Positions 17,564-28,300 of a stretch of DNA of 64,000 bases are shown here, piece by piece (position 1 is the first letter of the stretch; every line of letters starts with the position of its first letter). Below the pieces are notes generated by a model that saw only the letters and a list, made by a program, of their open reading frames with translations, ran no database searches and was not told where the DNA came from. The stretch is from Candidatus Auribacter fodinae (GTDB lineage Bacteria > Auribacterota > Auribacteria > Auribacterales > Auribacteraceae): assembly GCA_003599815.1 (NCBI GenBank), contig QZJZ01000105.1:7174-71173 (forward strand), read 5' to 3'. A program made the position numbers and the translations under genes.

Positions 17564-19540
17564 ATGGATTTTTTAAATAAATTATTTAAACGGCCGAAAC
17601 TCTCATTAATTTTTATTGCCGTACTGCTTGCCGTATCAGGGCTTCTTGCCGTTTCCTATGTTACTGGTATCGTTGAAAGCGCGCAGTACGCTCATATTGT
17701 CGAGCAACAGATCAGTCAGGTAATTTTTTCTACCCGAATTATTGACGCGCTTCAGAAGGAACGGGCCGCCTCAGTGGCATTCTTATCACCAAACATTCCC
17801 GGCGATGAAAAATTTCTGAACGATAAATACGCACTGACCGACAAGCTGTTGGACGAGCTGGGCTCCAATCCCGCATTGGACGCTTTGAGAAAGGAAATCA
17901 GTTCAATACGGCAAAATATCGCGTCGCTCCCCCCTTCCAGCGGTTCAATTCTGGCTGTCACCGAAAACTACTCGCGTATAATCGAGGAGTTCAATAACAG
18001 TATTGTATCGCTGGTACAAAAAACACAGGATAACGAACTGAAAACAAAGTTCCATTCGTTAATTTTCCTCACACGGGCAAAAGAACTCCTCGGGCAAGCA
18101 CGGATGATGCTCCTCGCCGTTATAGACAGCAACGGGTTCACCAATCAGACACTGCAGGCATTCGCATCGTTGACCAGTGTCTTCAATTACAATATAGAAC
18201 GGTTTGTGAGCTGGTCACAGCCCGAGATCAAAAACTATTTCATATCGCATTTCAACACTCCTGCGGTCAGCAAAACCCGGGAACTGATCGAAAAAACAGT
18301 CCTGAGCTCCAGCTCAGGGGTGTTGGAAACGCACAGTAACGAATGGTGGCTCGTTTCAGGCGAAACAGCCAGTATACTTTTTGATGTGGAATCATTTACG
18401 CTCAAAGATATCACTGAAACATTGTCCCGCCTGCGGTACCGTGTATATACGCACCTCTTGAAAGTACTGTTTTTCATTGTGTTTGTCCTGACCATGCTGA
18501 TTGTATCTTCCGCGCCTCGTCAGGAAACTGCCCCGGAGGAAGACGCCCGTATGTCGCGAATATACCAGTCGCCCGTCTACCTGCTGATTCTGGTTGTGGT
18601 CTCTATTTTCGGCGCTCAGACCATATCCGCGCTCTTAATACGCAAAGGATTACTGCCGCCCTTCTCACCGATAATAACCGCCTTTATCGATTCATTGCTC
18701 ACTATGCTGATGGTTATACCTATTTTATATCTTTTCCTTTTCTGTCCGTTGATATTACATATACGACAACGCCACAAGGCTCAACAGGAACAGAAACGCC
18801 TGCTGAAAGAACTGTCCGAACAGAACGCCCGGCTGGAACAGCTGAACCGGCTTATGTCGGAATACGTCTCAGACGTATCGCACGAATTCAAAAACCCTTT
18901 GACCGTGATTCGAGAATCCATCAATATCACGCTCAAGCGCGACACCGCCAACGCTATCAAACCTCGCGACCGGCGGATGCTGGAACTCGGACGAAACAAT
19001 ACAGACCGCCTGATCCGCCTGATCAACGACCTGCTCGACCTTTCAAAAATCGAATCCGGCAGAATCACCATTCATCACACCCGCATCAACGCGTCAGACA
19101 TCATAAACGATGTTTTATCCATGTATGCCACCGCCATAGAGGAAAAGAAACTCACCGTAAGCACGCATTCCGAGGCGGAAGACCCCACAGTCGACGCGGA
19201 TGCCGACAAAATCACACAGGTTGTGATAAACCTCCTGAGCAACGCTATAAAATACACCCGCCCCGGCGACAGGATCGATATTACCATCCGCCGTACCGAT
19301 TCTTTCATGACACTGGAGTTCGCGGACACCGGCCCCGGAATAGAACCGCAGGATTTGCCCCGCATATTCGACAAATTCGAGCGCATTACCGCGGAAAGCC
19401 AGGAAGGAACAGGGCTCGGGCTCCCTATCGCAAAAGAAATCGTAGAACTGCACGGCGGGTCAATTCAGGCACAAAGCACACCGGGCAAAGGAAGCGTATT
19501 CACCGTAACATTACCCGTTCATGTGTCCGAACTGATATAG
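17564..19540 (+). CDS. sensor histidine kinase with N-terminal extracytoplasmic NIT-like sensing domain
   Basis: TM1 is followed by an approximately 250-aa helical domain (IDALQKERAASVAFLS..., typical of NIT), then TM helices, a HisKA domain (VSHEFKNPL) and an HATPase_c domain (GTGLGLPIAKEIV). Confidence 0.7.
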   Translation: MDFLNKLFKRPKLSLIFIAVLLAVSGLLAVSYVTGIVESAQYAHIVEQQISQVIFSTRIIDALQKERAASVAFLSPNIPGDEKFLNDKYALTDKLLDELGSNPALDALRKEISSIRQNIASLPPSSGSILAVTENYSRIIEEFNNSIVSLVQKTQDNELKTKFHSLIFLTRAKELLGQARMMLLAVIDSNGFTNQTLQAFASLTSVFNYNIERFVSWSQPEIKNYFISHFNTPAVSKTRELIEKTVLSSSSGVLETHSNEWWLVSGETASILFDVESFTLKDITETLSRLRYRVYTHLLKVLFFIVFVLTMLIVSSAPRQETAPEEDARMSRIYQSPVYLLILVVVSIFGAQTISALLIRKGLLPPFSPIITAFIDSLLTMLMVIPILYLFLFCPLILHIRQRHKAQQEQKRLLKELSEQNARLEQLNRLMSEYVSDVSHEFKNPLTVIRESINITLKRDTANAIKPRDRRMLELGRNNTDRLIRLINDLLDLSKIESGRITIHHTRINASDIINDVLSMYATAIEEKKLTVSTHSEAEDPTVDADADKITQVVINLLSNAIKYTRPGDRIDITIRRTDSFMTLEFADTGPGIEPQDLPRIFDKFERITAESQEGTGLGLPIAKEIVELHGGSIQAQSTPGKGSVFTVTLPVHVSELI

Positions 19541-19668
19541 CATCCTTTTTTTCCTTATTGTAAAAATAATTGAAATAAAACGGCATAAAGGTAGTCTATA
19601 CTTATGAGGCAATGATAGCGCATGTAACCCAAATGCCGCTAATGCAATAATGTCTCTCTCCTTTATTG

Positions 19669-19698
19669 GGCCGGACGCGTTTTGCGTCCGGTTTTTTA
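19669..19698 (+). terminator. Rho-independent terminator
   Basis: The hairpin ccggacgc-gtttt-gcgtccgg is followed by TTTTTTA. Confidence 0.5.
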
Positions 19699-19811
19699 TT
19701 ATTTCCATATTTTTTTCTACACCAGCTCACCCGATTTTGATACCATGTTATTCTCTTTTTCGCTATATACATAGTTTTAAGCATAAAATATCCACCAAAG
19801 GAGGCCTCACA

Positions 19812-20339
19812 ATGAATGACCTTATCCAGCGCATGATACGTGCCGCTAAACTTGATGTGACTCTCTATGAAGAGGTTGAAGCAGACACAACCGCCTTTAA
19901 ACCAGCCCTTGCCGTCGTGGCTATTTCCAGCATCGCGTCCGGTATAGGAAACCTGTATGTCGGGTTCGGCACAATGATAGGCACCCTGATAATATCGCTT
20001 ATCGCGTGGTTCGTCTGGTCATACGTCATTTTTCTGGTAGGGACAAAATTGCTCCCTGAACCTCAGACCTCGGCAGACTACGGCCAGTTATTGCGCTGTA
20101 TCGGATTTGCCAGCGCGCCGGGTGTGATCTGCGTACTGGGCATAATACCCCCTTTAAACGCCCTTGTATTTTTCACCGCCGGAATCTGGATGATTGTGGC
20201 AACGGTCATTGCAGTTCGGCAGGCGCTGGATTATACCAGCACCGGCAGGGCGGTCGGCGTTTGTGTTCTTGGTTTTCTCGCTTTTCTTGTCATACAGGCT
20301 ATTCTGGGAGTACTGTTGATCCCGTTTCATTCGGCTTAA
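19812..20339 (+). CDS. Yip1-family integral membrane protein
   Basis: It has five TM helices and Yip1/DUF1282-like topology. The start was trimmed to the MNDLIQ methionine after AAAGGAGG (the ORF track starts at 19650). Confidence 0.5.
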   Translation: MNDLIQRMIRAAKLDVTLYEEVEADTTAFKPALAVVAISSIASGIGNLYVGFGTMIGTLIISLIAWFVWSYVIFLVGTKLLPEPQTSADYGQLLRCIGFASAPGVICVLGIIPPLNALVFFTAGIWMIVATVIAVRQALDYTSTGRAVGVCVLGFLAFLVIQAILGVLLIPFHSA

Positions 20340-20369
20340 ACCCTAAGACTTGTAACAGAGGATACCGCA

Positions 20370-20822
20370 ATGCTGAAACTTACGAACTACCTGCAAAAAG
20401 AATCAGTCGCTTTATTTGATTTACCCGACAAAAAATCAGCTCTGACAGCGATGATTGATGTTATCACCGCCAACAACGACCTCACTGCCCGCAAAGCCGA
20501 TATCACTTCAGCAATTTTCGAGCGTGAAGCCATCATGAGTACCGGCATAGGCAGAGGCATAGCCGTGCCTCATGTACGAAGCGACGCGGTGTCAACCGTG
20601 CGCATGGCGTTCGGCATATTCAAAAAACCAATTGATTATACCAGCATGGACGACAAGCCTGTCCACATAATCGTTATGCTCGTTGTACCCAAAGCACTGC
20701 ATCAGGAATACCTCAGAATACTCGCGCGGATCGTTCTTTTATTAAAAAATGACAATCTGAAACAGCAACTGCTTGATTGCTCTGCCGCTGGAGATGCCTA
20801 TAACATACTGAGTGCGTATTGA
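20370..20822 (+). CDS. PTS EIIA type-2 (EIIA-Ntr/PtsN-like) regulatory protein
   Basis: The PTS_EIIA_2 fold is present with the phosphorylatable His in GIAVPHVRS. Confidence 0.65.
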   Translation: MLKLTNYLQKESVALFDLPDKKSALTAMIDVITANNDLTARKADITSAIFEREAIMSTGIGRGIAVPHVRSDAVSTVRMAFGIFKKPIDYTSMDDKPVHIIVMLVVPKALHQEYLRILARIVLLLKNDNLKQQLLDCSAAGDAYNILSAY

Positions 20823-22077
20823 TGCCATGAATACATTTCTATATTTATCATTAATATTTGTCGTATCATATGTTATGCGTTATTTAATACTAAAACTGAA
20901 ACTGCCGGCTGTGACAGGGTATGTGCTTGGCGGAGTGATACTTGGAGGCTCGTTATTCAGTTTCAGTTCAACCGTGCAGAATACCCTTTCATCGTTCCTG
21001 CTGACACCGCCTGTGCTTAATAAACTGTCCATACTCGCGGACGTGGCGCTGGGCATTATCTCGTTTTCCATCGGGGCGGAACTGTTGTGGGAATCTATAC
21101 GAAAGCTGGGCAAAAGCATCATGGCAATTGTGATTAGTGAAGCGATCGGCTCATTCATTTTGGTATTTGTGCTCTTCGCGATTTTTTTCCCGTCAAATAT
21201 GCTTTTGGGATTGCTTCTTGGCGCTATCGCTTCAGCGACTGCGCCTGCCGCGACGGTATCAGTGATTTCCGAATACCGTGCGTCCGGGCCGCTGACTACC
21301 ACAATTCTGGCTGTTGTCGGTATTGACGACGCCATCTCGCTGATCATATTTGTATTCGCGGCAACCGTACTGCGCGGTTCACTTGCGCACGAAAGTTTAC
21401 ATTTTTTGCCAATGATCGGAAAAGTCGGCATGGAAATATCCCTTGCGCTTCTTATCGGCGCGGTTGTGGGATTCGCGCTGATACGCCCGCTGAAAAAAGC
21501 TGATTATATGGAAGAACTTCTTTTCCTGCTGGCGATCGGGTTATTTGTCTGTATCGGGCTGGCGGAACTACTGCATACATCGCCGATCATGGCGAATATG
21601 TGTTTCGGCGCCGTCGCGGTCAATATGTATCCATCCATAAAGAAACGACTGCACCAGACGATCAGCGGCATAGCGCCCCTGTTTTTCGCCATATTCTTCG
21701 TGTTGGGCGGAGCGAATCTTGATATCACGCTTCTGCCGAGCATCGGGTTGATGGGACTGCTCTATTTTGTCGCCCGGACTGTAGGAAAAATATTCTGCGC
21801 CATGGGAGGCGCGTATATAAGCAAAGCGCCGCCCCTTATTACCCGTTACATCGGGTTAAGCCTTATTCCGCAGGTCGGCGTGGGGGTAGCCCTCGCCTTG
21901 ACGATTCAGCAGGAATTCGGTACCGGAGCGTTTGGGGAACAAGGCATATATATAGCGACAACGACCATGAATATCCTTCTGTTTACCACCATATTAACAG
22001 AAGTAATCGGCCCATTGCTGACCAAAATGAGTCTGATAAAAGCCGGAGAGACACGAAAACCACAGGTTCACCAGTGA
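20812..22077 (+). CDS. monovalent cation:proton antiporter (CPA2/Kef-type)
   Basis: It has 11-12 TM helices and Na_H_Exchanger-like motifs. Its GTG start overlaps the EIIA stop by 11 nt. Confidence 0.7.
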   Translation: MRIDAMNTFLYLSLIFVVSYVMRYLILKLKLPAVTGYVLGGVILGGSLFSFSSTVQNTLSSFLLTPPVLNKLSILADVALGIISFSIGAELLWESIRKLGKSIMAIVISEAIGSFILVFVLFAIFFPSNMLLGLLLGAIASATAPAATVSVISEYRASGPLTTTILAVVGIDDAISLIIFVFAATVLRGSLAHESLHFLPMIGKVGMEISLALLIGAVVGFALIRPLKKADYMEELLFLLAIGLFVCIGLAELLHTSPIMANMCFGAVAVNMYPSIKKRLHQTISGIAPLFFAIFFVLGGANLDITLLPSIGLMGLLYFVARTVGKIFCAMGGAYISKAPPLITRYIGLSLIPQVGVGVALALTIQQEFGTGAFGEQGIYIATTTMNILLFTTILTEVIGPLLTKMSLIKAGETRKPQVHQ

Positions 22078-22093
22078 AAGGAGCCTTGACACC

Positions 22094-22435
22094 ATGTTCT
22101 TGATAATAGTAAACCTATTTGAAGATACGCACCTGACCGAGGTTGTACTTGCAATGACACACCTTTTTGAACATAAACTTGTGATACAGGACGCATCAAC
22201 CAACGAGGAACATCTCAGCGCGTCTTTATCCATTTTCGCGGATTTCGGCAGTTCATTGTCGGGCAGGCAGAAATTCTGCAAAACCATATCCACCGTCACC
22301 AAACATGAAAAGCCTATACAAAAGTTCCTTGCCGCACTTAAAGAGGCGGATATTGATTTCGAAACAGAGAAACTGGGAAATGTCTGCGTGGTTCCTGTAT
22401 CAGATTACCTTATTGCTGAAAGAGATAACGATTAG
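22094..22435 (+). CDS. hypothetical small cytoplasmic protein (possible transporter-associated regulatory subunit)
   Basis: It is 113 aa with no confident domain. It lies 17 nt after the antiporter stop. Confidence 0.3.
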   Translation: MFLIIVNLFEDTHLTEVVLAMTHLFEHKLVIQDASTNEEHLSASLSIFADFGSSLSGRQKFCKTISTVTKHEKPIQKFLAALKEADIDFETEKLGNVCVVPVSDYLIAERDND

Positions 22436-22441
22436 AGAACC

Positions 22442-22981
22442 TCAGTTTGTTTTCTCTTCTTCCTCTTGTTCCTCTGCCGCTGGCAGGATAACCGTGTCAA
22501 TCAGGTGAATGACGCCGTTTGAGCACTTAATGTCTGTTTTGATGATGTCAGCGTTATCCACCATAACCCTGTCTTTGAACACGGACAACGTGACTTCCTG
22601 TCCATTAGCCGTGGGCTTCCGAAGAACGCCCTGTATGTCGTCAGCAACTATCGTTTCAGGTATGACATGCCGCGAAAGCACGCCGGAAAGAACTGTACTG
22701 TTCTCCGCGTTCATCAGTTCTGCCAGTTTTTCCTCACCAAGAGCCTCAAACGCCTTATTGACAGGTGCGAATACGGTAAACGGGCCGGCGCCCTGCAGTG
22801 TCTCTGCCAGCCCCGCGGAATTAACCGCGGATACAAACGTGCTCAGCTGTTTTATCGTGCCGGCTTTCGACATGACCGTGTCCGGCGCCGTTGCGGAAGG
22901 CGTATGGGCGCATCCGGTTACCATCATTATCAACGCTATACATCCTGTAAGACAGATACCGTATCCGTGTTTTGCTGTCAT
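22442..22981 (-). CDS. fasciclin (FAS1) domain lipoprotein
   Basis: A lipobox (MVTGC) precedes the FAS1 motifs (GPFTVFAPVNKAF, VIHLIDTVILP). The start was trimmed after AGGAGG. Confidence 0.7.
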   Translation of the reverse strand: MTAKHGYGICLTGCIALIMMVTGCAHTPSATAPDTVMSKAGTIKQLSTFVSAVNSAGLAETLQGAGPFTVFAPVNKAFEALGEEKLAELMNAENSTVLSGVLSRHVIPETIVADDIQGVLRKPTANGQEVTLSVFKDRVMVDNADIIKTDIKCSNGVIHLIDTVILPAAEEQEEEEKTN

Positions 22982-23114
22982 GGGCAACCTCCTTTTACCA
23001 TTTATTTGCGTAACAAAAATTCCGGTGTTCGATATTTTTCGTGACCATACTATACTGTAATATACTATAATGCCATAAAAAACGATACAACATAAATATA
23101 ACCACACACGGCTG

Positions 23115-24707
23115 ATGATTATAAACAACAGGCACCTGATGCGTCACTTACTCTATTTCCTCATACTGACAGCGGCAAGCTGGCTGTCATGGTTCCTGTT
23201 CAGCCGCTATTTTGGTGTCCCGGTTCTGATTGTCGACGAAGCGTTTTATATTGAAACGGCAAAAAAATTCCTTTCAGGCGATTTCGCGTACCGAGACAAC
23301 AAACCTCCGGGTATTTTTCTTATTTACTCATTCATTATGCACGTAACCAGGCACGCCGACCTCTCTGTTATGCATAGAGCCGCGGCAGTAGCTCATATAC
23401 TCGGCGGATGGCTGGTCTTTTTTCTGGTACGAAAAAACCAGTCGCCGTTTCCAGCGGTTATTTCAGCTGTAACATACCTTTTATTACCGAGCTTGTCTTC
23501 TTCCCCATCGAATTTTTACGCGGCAAACACTGAACTTTTCATGATGGCGCCATGGCTCGCGGCATGGCTGGCGTTCTGCTCGTCCGGCTCCCGGCTGGGC
23601 GGGTTGGTACTTGCCGGAGCCGGAGCGGGATGCAGTATGCTGATAAAACAGCAGGGAGCGTTCCTGATCCCGGCATTTTGTTTTATCATCGCTGTCGACA
23701 AGTCGTTTTATACCCGTTATTCGCTGATTGAAATAATGAAAAAATATAGTGCGCTCGCTGTAGGTTTCCTATGCGTTATTGTGCCTGTCATCCTTGTTTT
23801 TTCGCTGAATGATTCTCCATATTCCGTACTCTATAACTGGCTGTTGGTGAACAAAGGCATCGCATCGGAACAGGGTTCATTCATATGGGCGCTCGGGCGC
23901 ATACGGTTTAGGGCAATGCATCTGGAGCCGATCTATATATCTGCCGCTCTGGCGTTCGTAACTCAGATAATTATTCTTTTCAGGACAAAGATACGATCAT
24001 CACAGAGGATTAACGCCTCCCTGCTATGGATAGTCACCGCTATCGTGTCTTATGCGGGGCTCAATGTGGGAGGCAACTACTCCGGGCATTATTTTATCAT
24101 GCTGTTTCCTGCTGTCGCGGTTTTGTTCGGGCTATTCTGTTCATGGATCTTTGCAGGGGTTTTACGCATCAGGCAGGCATACGTTCGGTGGGCGATGTGC
24201 GTCACTTGCGGCTTAGGGCTGGGCTGGTGCCTGCTCTACCCACTTATACAGTACACGGGGTTCCCGCCCGGTTCAAAAAAACTGGTGACATATATCGACA
24301 GAGCTCCACTCGGGGAAATGATTAAAACCACAGCCGTATACCTGCGCGCGCAAACAACAAAGGATGACACCCTTTTCGTATGGGGTTTTTGCCCGGAGCT
24401 TTATTACCTGTCCGGCAGGCGGCCTGCGTCACGATATATTCACTGCAACTTTCTTGTCGGGGATATCTGCCCCTACCCGTACGGGCCTCGTCCGAACAAT
24501 ATCCAGCAGAGGCATTGGGACGAACTGTTCACCGACCTGAATACATCCATGCCGGAATATATTATAGATATTTCTCCCTCGGATTACCTGTTTTTCGGCT
24601 CAAACGAGATAGCAAAATATCCTGAATTTGAAGCTTTTTTGAAAAACCGTTACAGAATGGAAAAAAGAATGGGCTCTTTCGTGTTATATAAAAAGAAAAA
24701 GGAATAG
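23115..24707 (+). CDS. GT-C fold glycosyltransferase (ArnT/PMT-like, GT39/GT83)
   Basis: It has more than 12 TM helices and an N-terminal DEAFY motif in the first periplasmic loop. Confidence 0.55.
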   Translation: MIINNRHLMRHLLYFLILTAASWLSWFLFSRYFGVPVLIVDEAFYIETAKKFLSGDFAYRDNKPPGIFLIYSFIMHVTRHADLSVMHRAAAVAHILGGWLVFFLVRKNQSPFPAVISAVTYLLLPSLSSSPSNFYAANTELFMMAPWLAAWLAFCSSGSRLGGLVLAGAGAGCSMLIKQQGAFLIPAFCFIIAVDKSFYTRYSLIEIMKKYSALAVGFLCVIVPVILVFSLNDSPYSVLYNWLLVNKGIASEQGSFIWALGRIRFRAMHLEPIYISAALAFVTQIIILFRTKIRSSQRINASLLWIVTAIVSYAGLNVGGNYSGHYFIMLFPAVAVLFGLFCSWIFAGVLRIRQAYVRWAMCVTCGLGLGWCLLYPLIQYTGFPPGSKKLVTYIDRAPLGEMIKTTAVYLRAQTTKDDTLFVWGFCPELYYLSGRRPASRYIHCNFLVGDICPYPYGPRPNNIQQRHWDELFTDLNTSMPEYIIDISPSDYLFFGSNEIAKYPEFEAFLKNRYRMEKRMGSFVLYKKKKE

Positions 24708-24732
24708 AAAAAACTGCCGGAAATAAACACCG

Positions 24733-25107
24733 CTACTCGTCACAAATAGTATAATCGGATAGAGACTTTTTAAGGTTCCTGATTATCCGCAGAGCCTGTT
24801 CACGGTATTGATCGAGAACCAGAATGCTGATCGATTTCGATAATTCATTTTTGTCTTTCTTGCGGACATAACTCATTGCGCTGATGTTGTTGTTCTTGAG
24901 ACGGTCGAGGATAACATGCGCGGTTCTTTCTGTCTGACAAATCACCAGCTCGGAAAGATTAACATCACATGAATAACCGTCGCAAAACGAGCCGGTCTGA
25001 TAGTCCCAGCACTTATGTTTTCCTTTTTCATCCTTGCCTGAAATACATTTTTTCTTATCGCCGGAAAACTCTATATCATCCGACTCAAAACATGCCGCAC
25101 CCATCAA
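24733..25107 (-). CDS. hypothetical protein, C-terminal DUF2007-like fold with Cys cluster
   Basis: The assignment rests on weak pattern similarity only. Confidence 0.3.
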   Translation of the reverse strand: MMGAACFESDDIEFSGDKKKCISGKDEKGKHKCWDYQTGSFCDGYSCDVNLSELVICQTERTAHVILDRLKNNNISAMSYVRKKDKNELSKSISILVLDQYREQALRIIRNLKKSLSDYTICDE

Positions 25108-25390
25108 AACACCTATTCCGGTTTAATAAGTAGTATCAACAATCGACCCTATGCAGGTTTCAGGATATATGAATCCTTATACATTTTCAGACAAATAACA
25201 ACAAAAAATGTTACACTTTTTTCAAAAAAAAAGCAAAAACATAAAACCCTGTGATGTGAAAGGTCATCTTACAGTGTACACTAGTGTTTGATTTTCAGTT
25301 CCTTGAACAGGTATGGAACTTTTAATATTGTAAAGAATAATCTTTTAATTATAAGATAGATATAATTCGACTGCGACAGGGAGGATACTC

Positions 25391-28300
25391 GTGGCAAAAA
25401 AAGACCATCAGTCCGATGATGACCCCCAATGGTATAAAGACGCCATTATTTACGAAACCCATGTGAGGGCATTTTTTGACAGTAACGACGACGGTATCGG
25501 CGATTTCAAAGGAATGACCGAAAAACTCGATTACCTGCAAAGCTTGGGAATAACAGCCCTGTGGCTTCTCCCATTCTACCCGTCGCCGCTCCGTGACGAC
25601 GGATACGATATCGCAGACTATTACAACGTGCATCCTGATTACGGTACGCTCAAAGATTTCAAAAATTTTCTCAGCGCCGCCCATAAAAGAGGCATTAAAG
25701 TCATCACCGAGCTGGTCATTAACCATACATCCAGCGAACACGAATGGTTCAGGAACTCGCGGCGCGCCCGCCCGGGAAGCAACGCCAGAGAATTTTATGT
25801 ATGGAGCGATACTCCTGATAAGTATAAAGACGCGCGAATCATTTTTCAGGATTTCGAAAGCTCCAACTGGTCATGGGATTCCATCGCTCAGGCGTACTAC
25901 TGGCACAGGTTCTATTCACATCAGCCGGATCTCAATTTCGACAACCCCGCTGTCGGCAAAGCGGTATTCCGCGCCCTCGATTTCTGGCTCAGAATGGGCG
26001 TTGACGGCATGCGCCTGGACGCTGTGCCGTACCTCTTTGAACGCGACGGGACAAATTGTGAGAACCTGCCTGAAACACACGAGTTTCTCAAAAAGTTACG
26101 GGCGCATATCGACCAAACGTACAAAAACAAAATGCTCCTCGCTGAAGCAAACCAGTGGCCCGAAGATGCGGCGGCATATTTCGGCAACGGCGACGAATGC
26201 CACATGGCGTTTCATTTCCCTCTTATGCCCCGCATGTTCATGGCTGTACAGATGGAAGACAGCTTTCCCATTATCGATATCCTCAAATCAACGCCGAAAA
26301 TACCGTCCGCATGCGAATGGGCTATATTCCTGCGCAACCATGACGAACTGACTCTGGAAATGGTTACTGACGAAGAACGCGACTATATGTACCGGATGTA
26401 CGCAAAAGACCCCCGCGCACGGATAAACGTGGGAATCAGGAGGCGCCTCGCGCCCCTTTTGCGTAACAACCGCCGAAAAATTGAACTGATCAACATACTG
26501 CTCTTTTCACTGCCGGGAACCCCGGTTCTCTATTACGGTGACGAAATAGGAATGGGCGACAACTATTATCTCGGCGACCGCAACGGCGTACGCACTCCCA
26601 TGCAATGGACACCTGACCGCAACGCGGGATTTTCCAAAACCAACCCGCAACAATTATACCTGCCGGTTATAACCGACCCTGAATACCATTACGAAGCTAT
26701 CAATGTGGAAACACAGGACAGAAACCCCTCGTCACTGCTCTGGTGGATGAAACGGGTTATTGCCATGCGTAAACGCTTGCCCGCTCTGGTAAAAGGAGAC
26801 CTGAAGATACTCATCCCCTCTAACGGAAAAGTACTGGCATTCACCCGGTCATACCAAAACGAAACAATTCTTGTTGTGGCAAACCTGTCGCGGTTTACAC
26901 AGGTACTCAACCTTGATCTGGCTGAATACGAAGGGTATAAGCCTGTTGAAGTATTCAGCCTCAATGAGTTTCCGCCCATACGGCGCAAACCCTACGTGCT
27001 AACCATGAGCCCATACGCTCATTATTGGATTTCACTTGTTCGTGAACTGGAATCTATCCATGTCAGTACCACCTGTTCATCAATGCCGGTAATTACCACT
27101 GCCGGATGGCGCAATGTTCTCACGGAAGGACACAAACAAAAACTGACATCCGATATTCTTCCCGGTTATCTGAAAAGCTGTACATGGTTCAAAGCACGGG
27201 AAAAAGCGATACGTAAAATCGATATCGTGGAAGACGCAATCATTCGTCACGAAAGCTCCGCATATCACCTGCTGTTCCTGAGCATCAGCTTCAATGAGGG
27301 AAGTCCCGACACATACTTTCTGCCAATATCGCTCCAGCCGCAGAAAGATGCACAACGCATTATTGAAGACTATCCGAAACGAATTATTACAACCATCATG
27401 ATCGATAACGAAGACAGCATCATCTATGACAGCACATGCGATGAATCATTTCATAAAGCGCTTCTGACACATATTCTGTCAAGAAAACGAATCCGGGGGA
27501 AACAGGGCGACTTTACCGCCTCGACGCTCATAAAACACACCCACGCCGGCATATCAGAAAATTTTCATGCTTTGTCGCATCCACTTGAAGCTGAACAGCA
27601 TAACTCATCTGTCATTTATGGAAAAAGCCTTATCGCGAAACTATACCGCCGTATTGAAACAGGAACAAATCCCGAACTGGACATCACCCATCACTTGAGT
27701 ACTGAAACCAGATTCGAGCACATTCCGCCTTTCGTTGGAGCGCTTGAATACACCACACCTGACAACGAACCTGCCACAGTGGCGATCATTCAGAAGTACA
27801 TGGAACACACCGCCGACGCGTGGACATATACTGTTGACGCGGTATCCGCGTATTTCGAGTCGGTTCTGTCTGGAAAAGATGAACTCGCGGATATGGACTT
27901 TGAACTGCCGGCAATGCTGGATGTGGATCCTGACAACGTTCCGGTATTCATGCAGGATCTGCTCGGCGGAGCGTATCTTCAAATGGCAGAACTCCTCGGC
28001 AAACGAACAGGCGAACTGCATCTGGCGCTCGCTGAAATAACAGACAGCACATTCCAGCCGCAGGCGTTTTCCACGCTATACCAGCGTTCCGTGTGCCAGT
28101 CCATTCAGAGCCTTGTCAGGCGCAATTTTCTGCAGATAAAAAAGTATAAATCCCTTCTTCCTGAAAATATACGAAAGGAAGCGGAGGCTATCGCCTCTTC
28201 CGAACAAAAAATAGTGAACCGGCTAGAAACGATTAACCAAAAGAAGTTCCATGCCATGAAAATCCGCATTCACGGCGATTATCATCTCAAACAGGTTTTA

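Noticed and set aside
25593-26351. 252-aa ORF and other 60-250-aa ORFs embedded in or antisense to large confident genes (TreS-Mak, GlgB, TreZ, MCP, sensor kinases, KAP NTPase)
   Set aside because: They are alternative-frame or antisense artefacts of GC-rich coding sequence, with Ser/Arg/Pro-rich nonsense translations and no start signals.
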